Source of the DNA: Phoronis australis
Lineage: Eukaryota > Animalia > Phoronida
Length of the DNA: 64,000 bases
Direction: 5' to 3'
Assembly (NCBI GenBank): GCA_002633005.1
Contig: NMRA01000307.1
Coordinates: 210,688 to 274,687, forward strand
Under the pieces are notes generated by a model. That model was not told the DNA's origin. It did not search any database and saw nothing but the letters and a program-made list of their open reading frames with translations. Positions 1 to 11,212 of the stretch are shown here, piece after piece (within the stretch, counting starts at the first letter, position 1; each line of letters begins with the position of its first letter). The position numbers and the translations under genes are program-made.

Positions 1-2177
1 CTTGTCTGCCATTTTGTGTTCTAAATCTGTGAGATTTTTCCCTAATTAAATATTACAGGTTAAGTAACTCATCAACAAGCTTTGTAAGCTTGACCACATT
101 TTTGCCGAGTTTAGTAGTTTTCAAAACGAAGTTGTTATGTCACATTGAAGTTTAATGAGAACCCAGAAACAAACCAAGCAAGATATCACTCAAAACATTT
201 GAATAGCTAGTAATATTTCTGCTGTGAAAACTTGTCAACTTTGCACTAAAAGAGGATCGTCAATGTTTTGAAGTCTGTTGTTAGACTATATTTCTTAACA
301 GTTCAAGCTAATGAGATCTTGTTGTTGCTAGTTTGTTAGTAATAGTTTCTGAATATGCAACACTTGCAATTTTCACTAGAACTTTGAGACTAAGGCGTGT
401 GTTGTTGCTGCAAGTGAAGTAATCTTAGCATGATAATCAATCAAGTTGGTGGTTGAATGCCTGGCATATGCAATATGATTACATACTGGGGTGGCTTCTT
501 GCTGAAATAACTTGAGAGATAAGACGTGTTCGGATGAACCTATAAGAAACAAAATCAAAGATCTGCAAAACATTTACCAAACTTATTAGTCTCAGATGTT
601 ATTGAAGCTATGAAGTCTGCATGCGCTGGCTTAAAAAGCATTTGACTCAATCTGAAAGATATTGATACCATTTTGTTATACTGTGGCAAGAGAGCTTTCA
701 TGTATACATGCTCTGTTCATTATTTTTTGTGGTATATTTACCTACTGTAAATGGGTCATCACAGGAGAGCCCAGAATACCTCCTGCTGTTGTGTTGTTGG
801 TGATGTGGACCAATAGTGTTGAGTATGTTTGAAGCTAACATGGAGATATGGTCTCTTCACTGGCAGGCTATAGTAAGGCTTCTATGATTTTGTGTTCTGA
901 CAGAAAGCAGAAATAATGAGAGGAAAAGAAAAGGATTTAGTAAGTGGCATGACCTTGCATGTAAAGTTGAGTGTTCTCTTGAAATAATACAAGAATATAC
1001 CTTGTGATTTTATAGCTTCTTTTCTAACATTTAGTTTATCGATAGAAGTACATAGTTTTGCCATTGTATTGCACAATCCTCCCATTAGTTTGAGGATCTT
1101 GGTTGATTGGACAATGGCATTTTGTAAATGTTGTTGATCATCAAGTTATTACAATATGAATTTTTTATCACTCTCAAGTGACATCTATAGGAGAATTTTC
1201 TCCACTACTTGATTTTTTCAGATTATTCAGATGAAACACCATGCAATTTTGATTGCAATCCTATAGCCACACTTTTACAACCTCGTTAGGTGACATTGTT
1301 TGTTTTCGTAAACATAATATTTGACAATTGCTCTCTTTTGTAATTTTGTTTTGTTTCTGTACCCTCCTTGACCCATGACTACCAAAGCTCACTCAGAATT
1401 CAACTGACAAATTGACCAGTCACGAGGTATGCTCTACTTCAAGCCAGGTCATGATTGGTCAGTTTTTGAGTTACATTTGATGATCTCTGGTTCTGGTACC
1501 ATAAAGCATAGATACCCGTAATCCACAATTGTTCTAGTTGATTTGCTGAATATGGCATGTGCACAAACTTAGTAATATTTTACGCATTTTCCTTCTTAGT
1601 GCAGCCCTTTACTCATAAGTATTTGCTTTCTTTAGCTAGAGCAAAAATTGTAGCCTGAACACCTATCAGTTTTCCATCTGATGACGGGATTAACATCATG
1701 GCTTTTAACTTGTTCATTCAACTTCTTATATGTCAAGCTCATTGCTTTGTTCAGGAGTCAACGAGAGTAGAGTCTTACTGGCTTGTTTAAGTTTGCTGCA
1801 ACAGGCAGTTGGAACCAAACAAACATTGCAAACTCTCATTACAATCTGAGTATGAAGTCTACGGACGGTGTAACATTTGAGGCATGTTTTAGGTGAAATG
1901 TTCCTATTTCCTTCCCATCGGTCCATGGTCAGTTCCATTGAGATTTTAGGACGGCTTGAACATGGTGAATGTTACTTTGCGTTGTTGTCATTTACTTGTT
2001 CTTTTCTGATGCCCAGTCCTGTCCTAACATTTTGGCTATTTTGACTGGTAGGTAAGAAAGTGGTCTTATTTGAAATTATGAGTTTGTCGAATAACGTTGT
2101 GTTTGGAACAAAAAACTCCCCTGCAGTGTTCTTGTGTTGCACTCTTTTTATAAATAAGCTCATTTTTCTGTTTGTAG

Positions 2178-2310
2178 CTACTACTCAACCGCTGTTTCGA
2201 TGACATTGAAAGATTTGTTGCACGCCTACAAACTGCTGCAGCTTCCTTCAAAGAACTTAATGACAGAAAAATGAAAGGAAAATCCAAGAAAGATAAGAGA
2301 GGCCATGGAG
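2178..2310 (+). CDS. EPS8: EPS8-like exon LLLNRCFDDIERFVARLQ...KRGHG
   Basis: tttgtag acceptor, gtatgt donor, phase 0 to 1; conserved EPS8 motif. Confidence 0.93.
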
Positions 2311-2849
2311 GTATGTCCCATTTTATCAAACTCAACACATTACAAGTTGAGACCACTTATAGTGATAGGTGACCTAGATCAAATATTAATTTTTGACGGA
2401 AGGTGGGTTGATATCATGTTAAAGGAATAGGGCTGTGATAAACATCCTTAGATTTATGTCACATGTGATAAACCTGCTTATACCCAACTTCACAACTGAC
2501 TAGCAACATGAACTATGGTTAAATATCCTTATTATCACATATGTGATAGATTAACCTGGTTAGACCTAACTTCGCAACTCACTAGCAACATGATCTGCAA
2601 ACTTAGCCAGTTTTTCTTTTATTTTTCTTTGCTTTTTTCAAATTTGTCTCTATGAGGTGACCAGTGTTGACCTAATTTTCCTTTTACTGTTTTGCTTATC
2701 TTAGGACTACCACTGACCACTAGATAGCTCCATATAGGCTGCTAGATAGCAGTGAATCATTTCTATACCTCAGTTGACCTTGAGAGTGTACCTTCTCTGA
2801 CAATGAAGAAATGTAATTTTCCATGTTAAGTGTCACTGTTTTATTGTAG

Positions 2850-2938
2850 AGGGCATGCTGACAATGAGATCACGACCACCTCCCCCACAAGACTTCATTG
2901 AAATATTCCAGAAGTTTAAACTATGCTTCAATTTACTG
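2850..2938 (+). CDS. EPS8: EPS8-like exon [11 protein letters not shown]...[11 protein letters not shown]
   Basis: attgtag/gtaatt, phase 1 to 0; conserved motif. Confidence 0.93.
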
Positions 2939-3313
2939 GTAATTTATTTCTATTTTTTGGATGTTATGATTTCATATATGAATATTTTCTCCTTAGAAAT
3001 ATCACAATACAACTGTGATATATTCCGGAAGCCTAAACTAAGCTGCAATTAACTTGAAATTGTTTAACGTGTTTTAAACTTTAAATGTATTTTCCCTGCA
3101 AATGGCCCTGTTTGTGTATAAGAATAAGCGCCACCACAGAAGCTGAAAGTCGCTTTGAATAAGTTTAAAAATTGATATCACATGTCAAATGAACTATTAC
3201 TATGGTTAAGTTTTGTTGTGTACAATGTGGCATATAGGATGAATCTATGTAGCACTAAGTCTACATAACTTTAAGAATGACGTACGTTTGAATGGTGTGA
3301 TTCTGTATCATAG

Positions 3314-3552
3314 GCACGGCTGAAGGCTCATATTCACAACCCCAACTCACCAGAACTGGTCCACTTCCTGTTCACACCCCTCAGTCTGATCGTGGAGGCG
3401 AGTCGCGACCCCCGGCAAGGCACACCTGAATTGGCAGCCAAGGTTGTGGCCCCGCTCTTGACACATGACGCCTATGAGCTACTGACTCACTGCTTGTCAT
3501 CAAAAGAAAGCGACCTCTGGGCATCCCTTGGTGATTCCTGGACTGTCAGCAA
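3314..3552 (+). CDS. EPS8: EPS8-like exon ARLKAHIHNPNSPELVHFLFTPL...WASLGDSWTVSK
   Basis: atcatag/gtaggt, phase 0 to 2; highly conserved EPS8 central region. Confidence 0.94.
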
Positions 3553-4082
3553 GTAGGTGATACTGAATGTAGGACATAAGCTTCTGTAGGGTTATGAGGA
3601 CACGAAACTTACTTCAACTTGATTCAATTTTAATACATATGAATACAGACTTGAGTTGATAAAGATCAAGCCTGTTTTCTTTCATTGGCAGACATTTTGT
3701 AATCCTTATGGTTTTACACAAGACATCCTACCACACTACAGTGGTAACTCCATTTTGTAAAATTCCACTGTTTTAACATTTCTCACTCAAATCACACATG
3801 AATTGTTAGATGTCACTGAACTTTAGTCTACCAATACTTCTGGCCATCTCGTAACATAATGCAATTTGTCATTGAAACTGTCTTCTTATGCCAGACATTC
3901 TCCACTATCTTCCTGCATTGTCACGCAGCATCAGGTTTCCTCTGGAAAGTTATGAGACTGTCCATTCAAGTAGGCTCCTCGAGTCAGGTTGGAAGGTTGC
4001 AAAATGAAACTGATGTTGACTCCCAAGTGATCAAGAAATTTATCACATTTTCTTAAATAGAAGCATGGTGGATGGCATGTAC

Positions 4083-4526
4083 TTAACCGTTAAGTGTGTA
4101 CTCTGCAAATTGTCACATCTTAACCGTTAGGTGTGTGCTCTGCAAATTGTCACATCTTAACCGTTAGGTGTGTACTCTGCACATTGTCACATCTTAACCG
4201 TTAGGTGTGTACTCTGCAAATTGTCACATCTTAACCGTTAGGTGTGTGCTCTGCACATTGTCACATCTTAACCGTTAGGTGTGTACTCTGCACATTGTCA
4301 CATCTTAACTGTTAAGTGTGTACTCTGCACATTGTCACATCTTAACCGTTAGGTGTGTACTCTGCACATTGTCACATCTTAACCGTTAGGTGTGTGCTCT
4401 GCACATTGTCACATCTTAACCCTTAGGTGTGTGCTCTGCACATTGTCACATCTTAACCGTTAGGTGTGTGCTCTGCACATTGTCACATCTTAACTGTTAG
4501 GTGTGTACTCTGCACATTGTCACATT
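4083..4526. repeat. 37-bp minisatellite, ~12 copies
   Basis: unit ttaaccgttaggtgtgtactctgcacattgtcacatc. Confidence 0.95.
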
Positions 4527-4730
4527 TTCTCAGAGTCTGGACATGGAGGGAGGTTATTTACAATACAAGTGGTCTTTTCACGTGGCAGTTATCCAAAGTT
4601 TGTTTTGTAACAAGAGGTATGAAACCATCATATTATTGTTAGCCTTTAGATTTATCAATTGTCATTCTACAGCTTTGAATTGCATCGTTACCTATCTTTT
4701 GTGATTGACCATCAGCTGTTTTGCCTTCAG

Positions 4731-4899
4731 AGAAGCATGGAAAGGTTACGTGCCACCATTCACACCAAGGTTTGATGATGGCTGGGTACCACCACCTAGT
4801 ATTGTTGAAGATGGTCCTACAACTTCATTGGCTAATGCTGTGGCCCACCAGGCAGCACAGATCAGGAACAGGGAGGACACCTATAGGGCCAAGGAGGAG
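4731..4899 (+). CDS. EPS8: EPS8-like exon EAWKGYVPPFTPRFDDGWVPP...AKEE
   Basis: ccttcag/gtaatg, phase 2 to 0; PxFxDGWxP motif of EPS8. Confidence 0.92.
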
Positions 4900-5363
4900 G
4901 TAATGACATCTTGGGGGCATCAGTGCTATTTCCTGTGATCTTTTATATTTTGAATTTTGAAGAAGAATGTTGCGGTGAAAAATTTTGAAATGCAATCCCT
5001 GCGGTATAGCATTTTTGATGTTTGTCCATGAATAATATTAATGCTGTCTATTGGATTGCAGTTACAAATATAGCACATACATTTATTAACTGCAGCCTAT
5101 AGCAAAAGATGATGAAAATAGGTTGTTTACTGTAATGATCCTATTTTTGGAAAGTTAAACTCGCCCTTGAGATATTCGATGGTATTTCAGTAAATTGGAT
5201 TAAGTTAGCAACAGTGAGTTATTATTGTGTATAATGTTAAGTAGAGTATATGTAGGTACATTATCGTCAGTCTGTAAGCAATTAACTCAAATCATGGCTT
5301 CATCATGATGGTCAAAATCTTTGACATTTTTTAATCCATGCACTTCATTATCCTTGTCCCCAG

Positions 5364-5503
5364 GCCGAACAGCATGTCCACCCCTTTGACCGGTCCACGC
5401 GCCCGCCCTACAGAGAGACAGTCTACCGCGAGCAACGGGATTACGCGTCAGAACGACGCAGCTACGATGACATTCCAGCCCAGGTCCCACACCAGGACCC
5501 CAG
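5364..5503 (+). CDS. EPS8: EPS8-like linker exon AEQHVHPFDRS...PHQDPR
   Basis: ccccag acceptor, GC-rich open frame, weak gtctgc donor, phase 0 to 2 fits both neighbours. Confidence 0.8.
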
Positions 5504-5642
5504 GTCTGCTGGCTTCCAGGCATATGTTGAGAAACACATTGACAGGTTGGCAGGGGCAGTCAGCTCATGGCGGCACCATCATTGTCTGAGTTGCAACATT
5601 TACCATTCCCTGGTTGAGCAGTCGAGTTAAATTGTTTTTTTG

Positions 5643-6320
5643 ATTGAGGAAACTGTGAATCTCTACTTATGTGCAAATGTCTTAAAATCTGTTAGCTCTA
5701 ACCCCTACAAAGTATATATTTTCCGAAAGGTGAATGAAATTTTCTAACACAATTTATTATTCTTATTTACTTGTCTTTATTTTTTCACGAGATATGTGTT
5801 TTTTTGTTAATTTTTTTGAATTTGAACAGACATTTTAAACACTGTTCCTGCAATCATATTGGTCTTTTGTCAACAAGTTGATAACTACATTTTTGAGGGA
5901 ACTGTGTCTCAGATTTTTGAAATAGGTCTTAGTTTTTAATTACCAACTTTTTAGAGCTTTTTGAGCAAAAACGGCCATACTCTTGATTTTTGAAGGCTTT
6001 GTTCTGAAAAACTAGGACTTACTTCAAAAATCTGAGACATGAGACACAGTTCCCCTCAAAAATGCCATTATCAGCATGTTGACTGAGGACCAATATGATT
6101 GGAGGAACCATATTTTTAAAATCTCTGTTCAAATTCAAAAAAAATTTTACTAAAAACTCATCTCATGAAAAATAAAGACAAGTAAAAAAGAAGAGTAAAT
6201 TTGTTATGAAATTTATTCACCTTTCAGAAAACATATACTTTGTAGGGGTTAGAGCGAACAGAATTTAAGATATTTGCACATAAGTACAACCTGGTAAATA
6301 AGGTTCACAATTATCTTAAT
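5643..6320. mobile_element. fold-back MITE with ~300-bp inverted arms (possibly Kolobok/piggyBac-type, TTAA-like ends)
   Basis: tacttatgtgcaaat..ctctaacccctacaaagtat..gtctcagattttt mirrored by aaaatctgagac..atactttgtaggggttagag..atttgcacataagta. Confidence 0.8.
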
Positions 6321-6566
6321 GTCTAATTCATTTAAGGGATTTTGCTGGAAAACAGAAACTGAGAAAATAATATTTTTTAAGTTTTTGTCATGCACCCCAA
6401 TGTTTTATACCACTGACTGTACCCTTTACCACTATTTTGAAATTTAGAAGTCAAGAGTTTCTCGCTCTCCTATTCAAAAACGACCGTTTGTTAAAGTAAA
6501 GTTTCTATATCCATACGATGGAAAAGGTTTTTCATTGCTTGTAGATGATATGATGTTAAATGGCTA

Positions 6567-6846
6567 AATCACACTAAAAAAGCACTGTGAGTTTGGTGAG
6601 TCGGACATTTCCACCTGCTCTCTAAGGGCTTCGTTGACTGACTATATTTTGCACGTCAGGTTGACTTGGTTCTAGAATCAGGTCGTACACCACAGAGATC
6701 AATGGTTACAACTCCCAGGGGTGTACAACCTGATTCCAGAACCAGGTCAACCTGACACGGGAAATCCAGTCAGTGAACAAGGCCTCTAGAGAGAGGGTGG
6801 AAATGTCTGACTCACCAGACTCACAGTGCTTATTTTGTTAGTGATT
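6567..6846. mobile_element. palindromic MITE, ~280 bp
   Basis: aagcactgtgagtttggtgagtcggacatttccacc...ggtggaaatgtctgactcaccagactcacagtgctt; arms pair almost to the centre. Confidence 0.8.
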
Positions 6847-7000
6847 AACTTTAAATCCATGTAGAACAATTTCTGGATATTACACTTCTGAAAAAGATAC
6901 TTAATCCACATAGGTGATCTAATAGCTATCGCGGTTCTATATATCTTGACCTGGCTGGTATTCTGCTTGTTCTATTTCACACAGATTACTTTGACACTAA

Positions 7001-7165
7001 AACCATAGCCCACTAGAACCGTAGCCCACTAGAACCGTAGCCCACTAGAACCGTAGCCCACTAGAACCGTAGCCCACTAGAACCGTAGCCCACTAGAACC
7101 GTAGCCCACTAGAACCGTAGCCCACTAGAACCGTAGCCCACTAGAACCGTAGCCCACCAGAACCA
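7001..7165. repeat. 16-bp minisatellite, ~10 copies
   Basis: unit aaccgtagcccactag. Confidence 0.95.
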
Positions 7166-7219
7166 GAACCTATCTTTCACTTGTGTTGGTGCTTGTTCCT
7201 CATTATGCTGTATTGGTTA

Positions 7220-7617
7220 CAGTACAAGACCAAAGTAATCAGCTGTAGTACCATTACTTTGTCATGACTTGAGTCTGTTTATACAACAAAAATAACTGGT
7301 AGTAACTAATAAAGCAACAAAATTCTAATTATAAAATGACTGGTAGTAACTAATAAAGCAACAAAATTCTAATTATAAAATGACTGGTAGTAACTAATAA
7401 AGCAACAAAATTCTAATTATAAAATGACTGGTAGTAACTAATAAAGCAACAAAATTCTAATTATAAAATGGCTGAGCCACCTTAGTAACTTTTCTTTCAT
7501 TTCCCCTTCGTACTCAGTCATGAGGGGAGACAACTCTGACAATGAATTCAGTTTCCGCCCAGCTGTCATGACGGGGAATTCCAAGTCATTTTGTCTGAAT
7601 ATTTTTGGCTTGTACTG
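7220..7617. mobile_element. Tc1/mariner-type MITE with internal 4 x 44-bp tandem expansion
   Basis: TA|CAGTACAAG...CTTGTACTG|TA ends; sister copy at 10511-10702. Confidence 0.8.
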
Positions 7618-8655
7618 TATCTGTGCCTCTGCTTGTTATATCCCTGCCAACCTGGCCTGCCTGGTACTGTGTTCATGCTTATATCCTGACTGCACTTTGT
7701 TATGTTTGTGTTTTTGTGTTAGATATCAAATTTATTGAACTTTAATTTTAGAAACTCATTCATTTAGTGATTTCGTGATCTACAGGAGGTTTGGGTTTAA
7801 ACTAGGTACACTAAATTATAAGGGACATTCTTGGTGATAAAAATAATTGTACAGTAAGTTAGTAATAGCATGGCATCGAAGCCACTAACTTTGCACAAAC
7901 ACTGGAATGCTCTACTGCTGAGCCAAATTGCAGGTGTAAAATAGTAGGTTATTTTAAGCGCATTATTTAAATAGTATTGTCACCAGGCTCCAGGCTGAGC
8001 CTGGATTTCTGACTGTGAATGTCCGTCAGACTATGACCAGAATTGGCAATTTGTAATAAAATCACAAATCACTGGATTTTGTTGTTCTATAACTTGTCAA
8101 ATTAGAATTTTACAAAGTTTATCTCATTCAACAGTAATCAAAAAATTGCATTTTTGGCCACAAATACGATCATGATGTTCCTGTGTGTAAGAGAAGGAAC
8201 ATTCAGTTTAACTTTGTAATTTTAAAAAGTGCCCTTTTGCTGAGCTTCATTGTGTCAAGCTGAGAGACTCTACTGTACTTTTGAATTAGTTGTTTTATGT
8301 TCTAGTTTATTGGCTTTAATGCCCATTCTTCTGGCATTGGTTTACTGGTGGAAATTACTTCAAATTTTACCTTTCAATTTGTTTGTGAATGGTTCTCCAA
8401 ACAATTTTAGAAATTATGAAACTACCCATTATGGCTACTGATGTGCCATTTTAAAATATCGAAATGTTTTTATAATAAACAGAAACAATCTATAGACAAA
8501 AAACTATGTAGGGTAGATTCCTTTTCTGTAGAACTGAAAGGTCGAACTAAAAGATTTGGACAAGTGGGGTTTTGTTGTGTGCAATACTAGTTTCCATTAA
8601 TGATATCCATTTTGCTGTCAATGTATCACTCATTTTTGCTCCTTCACGTGACCAG

Positions 8656-8805
8656 GAATCAACGAGCCCACGAGGACAGGGACCGAGTTGATAGCCGTGA
8701 CCAGTACAGGGAACCCTATCGGGAACCGCCCACTTCCAGCATGCAGAACGGGAGTGGCAATGTTCAGAAGAAGTTCCTTAGAGATCTACGGGCTTCTGGT
8801 GCAAA
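8656..8805 (+). CDS. EPS8: EPS8-like exon NQRAHEDRDR...LRDLRASGAK
   Basis: gaccag/gtaagt, phase 2 to 2. Confidence 0.87.
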
Positions 8806-9232
8806 GTAAGTTGGCAAACAATCAAATTATTTATCGTTCAAAAGGAGTGCTTCACTAACAGACATCATTCACTTGCAGATTTTTGTAATGTCTCTCAGAC
8901 TTCAATATCAAGATGCTGTGTACTGTCAGGATTACATCTTCATTGTGAAGTTGCCATTGGGTGAAAATATTTCATATAATAGTGAAGTTGAGTCATTGCG
9001 CATGTGGTAGTGTTATCTATGTTGTTGCCGCAGATATTTTGCGGAATTAGTTCTTATACAATCAGAAATTTCCGTTCAAAGTACACTGAAACTCGTTGTG
9101 TTATTTTATAAACAGAACTAAAAAGTAAAGTTTTGTAATTATATCAAAGTTTATTTCAAGTTCAGGTTTTGTGTTCTTTCCTTGCCTTAACCTGTGGTTT
9201 ATCTCATTTCACTGCTCTATGTGTTTGTTAAG

Positions 9233-9308
9233 GGCTTATGAAGTGTTGCATGACAGAGAAGGAAAGAATGAAAAGGAACTGACTGTAGCTAAAGGAGAAA
9301 TTGTAGAG
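9233..9308 (+). CDS. EPS8: EPS8-like exon, SH3 N-half AYEVLHDREGKNEKELTVAKGEIVE
   Basis: tgttaag/gtaagg, phase 2 to 0; SH3 ELT..KGE motif. Confidence 0.9.
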
Positions 9309-9843
9309 GTAAGGTTGAACTTAGGGTTTGTTTTTCTCAAGGTTAGTTTGTTGCACTGCTGGGGTATTCATTTTGTTATATGAAACATGTTGTGTTGCAA
9401 TGACATTGTTTTTGTTTAAAAGGACAGTATCGTTTTTACGGACAAAAATGCTTTTTCGGGCTTATTGTTTGATGGGATAGTCTTTCTGAAGTTACTAGCT
9501 TCGACCAAAGCTGTAAAACAGCAAAATCTGTTGTGTGTTTGTGATTTTATTCCAAATCACCAATTCACGCAGTCATCTGTCAGTTGAAGTCGAGGCCGAT
9601 ATCTTTGCCATTTAAATACTCTTGAAAATGTTCTACTATATAGCTTGTGGGACTTGGCTCAGCAGCAGAGCGTTTGTTCGCTATTGAAGAGATAGTGGTT
9701 TGTGGCTTCTACTATTTCCCTATGGGACGTTCAAAACGCTTAAAGGAATACTGTCATCTTTTTGATTTTCTCTAAATGTATTGAATATATCTTCATCATT
9801 ACTTGTCAATAACTGCGTTGAGCTAATTTTATTTCTGTCTTAG

Positions 9844-9981
9844 TTGATTGACAACAGCCGCAACTGGTGGAAGCTGCGCAATGCCTATGGGAAGACTGGC
9901 CACGCCCCCTACACTATCCTGAAGGAAGTGGAGAGTGATCACCCGCTGATGAGTGGTGACAATTTTACAGACAACGACGGA
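9844..9981 (+). CDS. EPS8: EPS8-like exon, SH3 C-half LIDNSRNWWKLRNAYGKTGHAPYTIL...
   Basis: gtcttag/gtgagt, phase 0 to 0; SH3 WW motif. Confidence 0.92.
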
Positions 9982-10510
9982 GTGAGTTGAATGTCATCTC
10001 TTTGTGGAGATTTTAAATTGCATAGTGATTTGTGTTATAGTTGTGCTTGAAAACTAATATTTTGTGATTGCTTTGTGTCTGTTGAGGACGTATCTGCTTT
10101 CAGTCTAGCTGATTGCTACTGTAAACTAAAATGTGTAGCATGATCATGTAACTTTGTTGAGATTCCCACGTTTAGAGCAAGAAGCTGGCTACGTAACGGT
10201 CCGTGGAAACTGCTAGTGTTATAAGAAGTGAAGGCGCTCGCACAACTTTATGTGAAACATGTTCACTTCTTCAGCTAGTCTTAGATATTGTAAAATCTTT
10301 AGTTAGTCGGCTAGTGCGATGCACATAAAGTTTTAGTCACTAGTTTAAGGTAAACACTGAGAAATTATGTATTTGTTCTATACCCCAGATTCAACTTTTC
10401 GATTAGACATATGTTTTTTGTTGAATACATTTACAGAGTAATCTGGGTGAGCCCAGACTCTTTCAAACTCTGTTTGATCGGTCAGATAAATTGGGATTTC
10501 TCGTTATTTA

Positions 10511-10702
10511 CAGTACAAGACAAAAGTGGCCAGATATAATACTGTTTTTGTGGTCATGACGGTCAATTTGCAAAATTCTAATTACAAAATGGCTTATCCT
10601 TCATATTACCTTTCCTATTCTGGTGAAGAATTTAGCTTCTGGCAAGATGCCATGACGGGGGAATTCTGGGTTATGGTGTCTGATTACCTATGGCTTGTAC
10701 TG
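10511..10702. mobile_element. Tc1/mariner-type MITE, same family as 7220-7617, unexpanded
   Basis: TA|CAGTACAAG...CTTGTACTG|TA; shared aaaattctaatta and catgacgggg..aattc. Confidence 0.8.
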
Positions 10703-11064
10703 TAGATTGCATCACTTTGTCTCATTAGATGTGCGATCCGTTTCATGAACAGTGGCTCAAAGCAGAAATTTGGTCTTAAGCACCACACAATAATTTCCGA
10801 AAAATATTTAAAAGTTTAAGATCTCTGGGAATTTAACACTTAACTGCTATTGACTGGGATACTATGAAAACTGATGCTCTCATAATTATTTGGCTGTTAA
10901 ACCTTTATTCAACAGTTGTGAAGTGGGAACATAAGGTCAAATTTCTGTCTCAAGTCTTCAGTCACTTTTCAAGGGACCCCTAATTTACACGAGTTTTGCT
11001 GTGTTGTCTGTTTGCAGGTAGTCATATTCAGCTTCTCATGCTGCATCTATTTTGTGAATTTCAG

Positions 11065-11212
11065 GTCGATGGGAGAAACATTTATCGAGAGCGTGACAAT
11101 ACCCGCGACAGATATGGGGAGAGGGAAAGCGGTGGATACGCCGACTTCATCCCTCCACCCCCTGCTGCCGGCCCCCCTCCCCTTGTTCCACAGAAATCGA
11201 AACCAAGGAAAG
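11065..11212 (+). CDS. EPS8: EPS8-like proline-rich exon VDGRNIYRE...PPPPAAGPPPLVPQKSKPRK
   Basis: tttcag/gtgatt, phase 0 to 1. Confidence 0.88.

Noticed and set aside
4083-4526. 37-bp repeats of CRISPR-repeat length
   Set aside because: No spacers; contiguous minisatellite in a eukaryotic intron.
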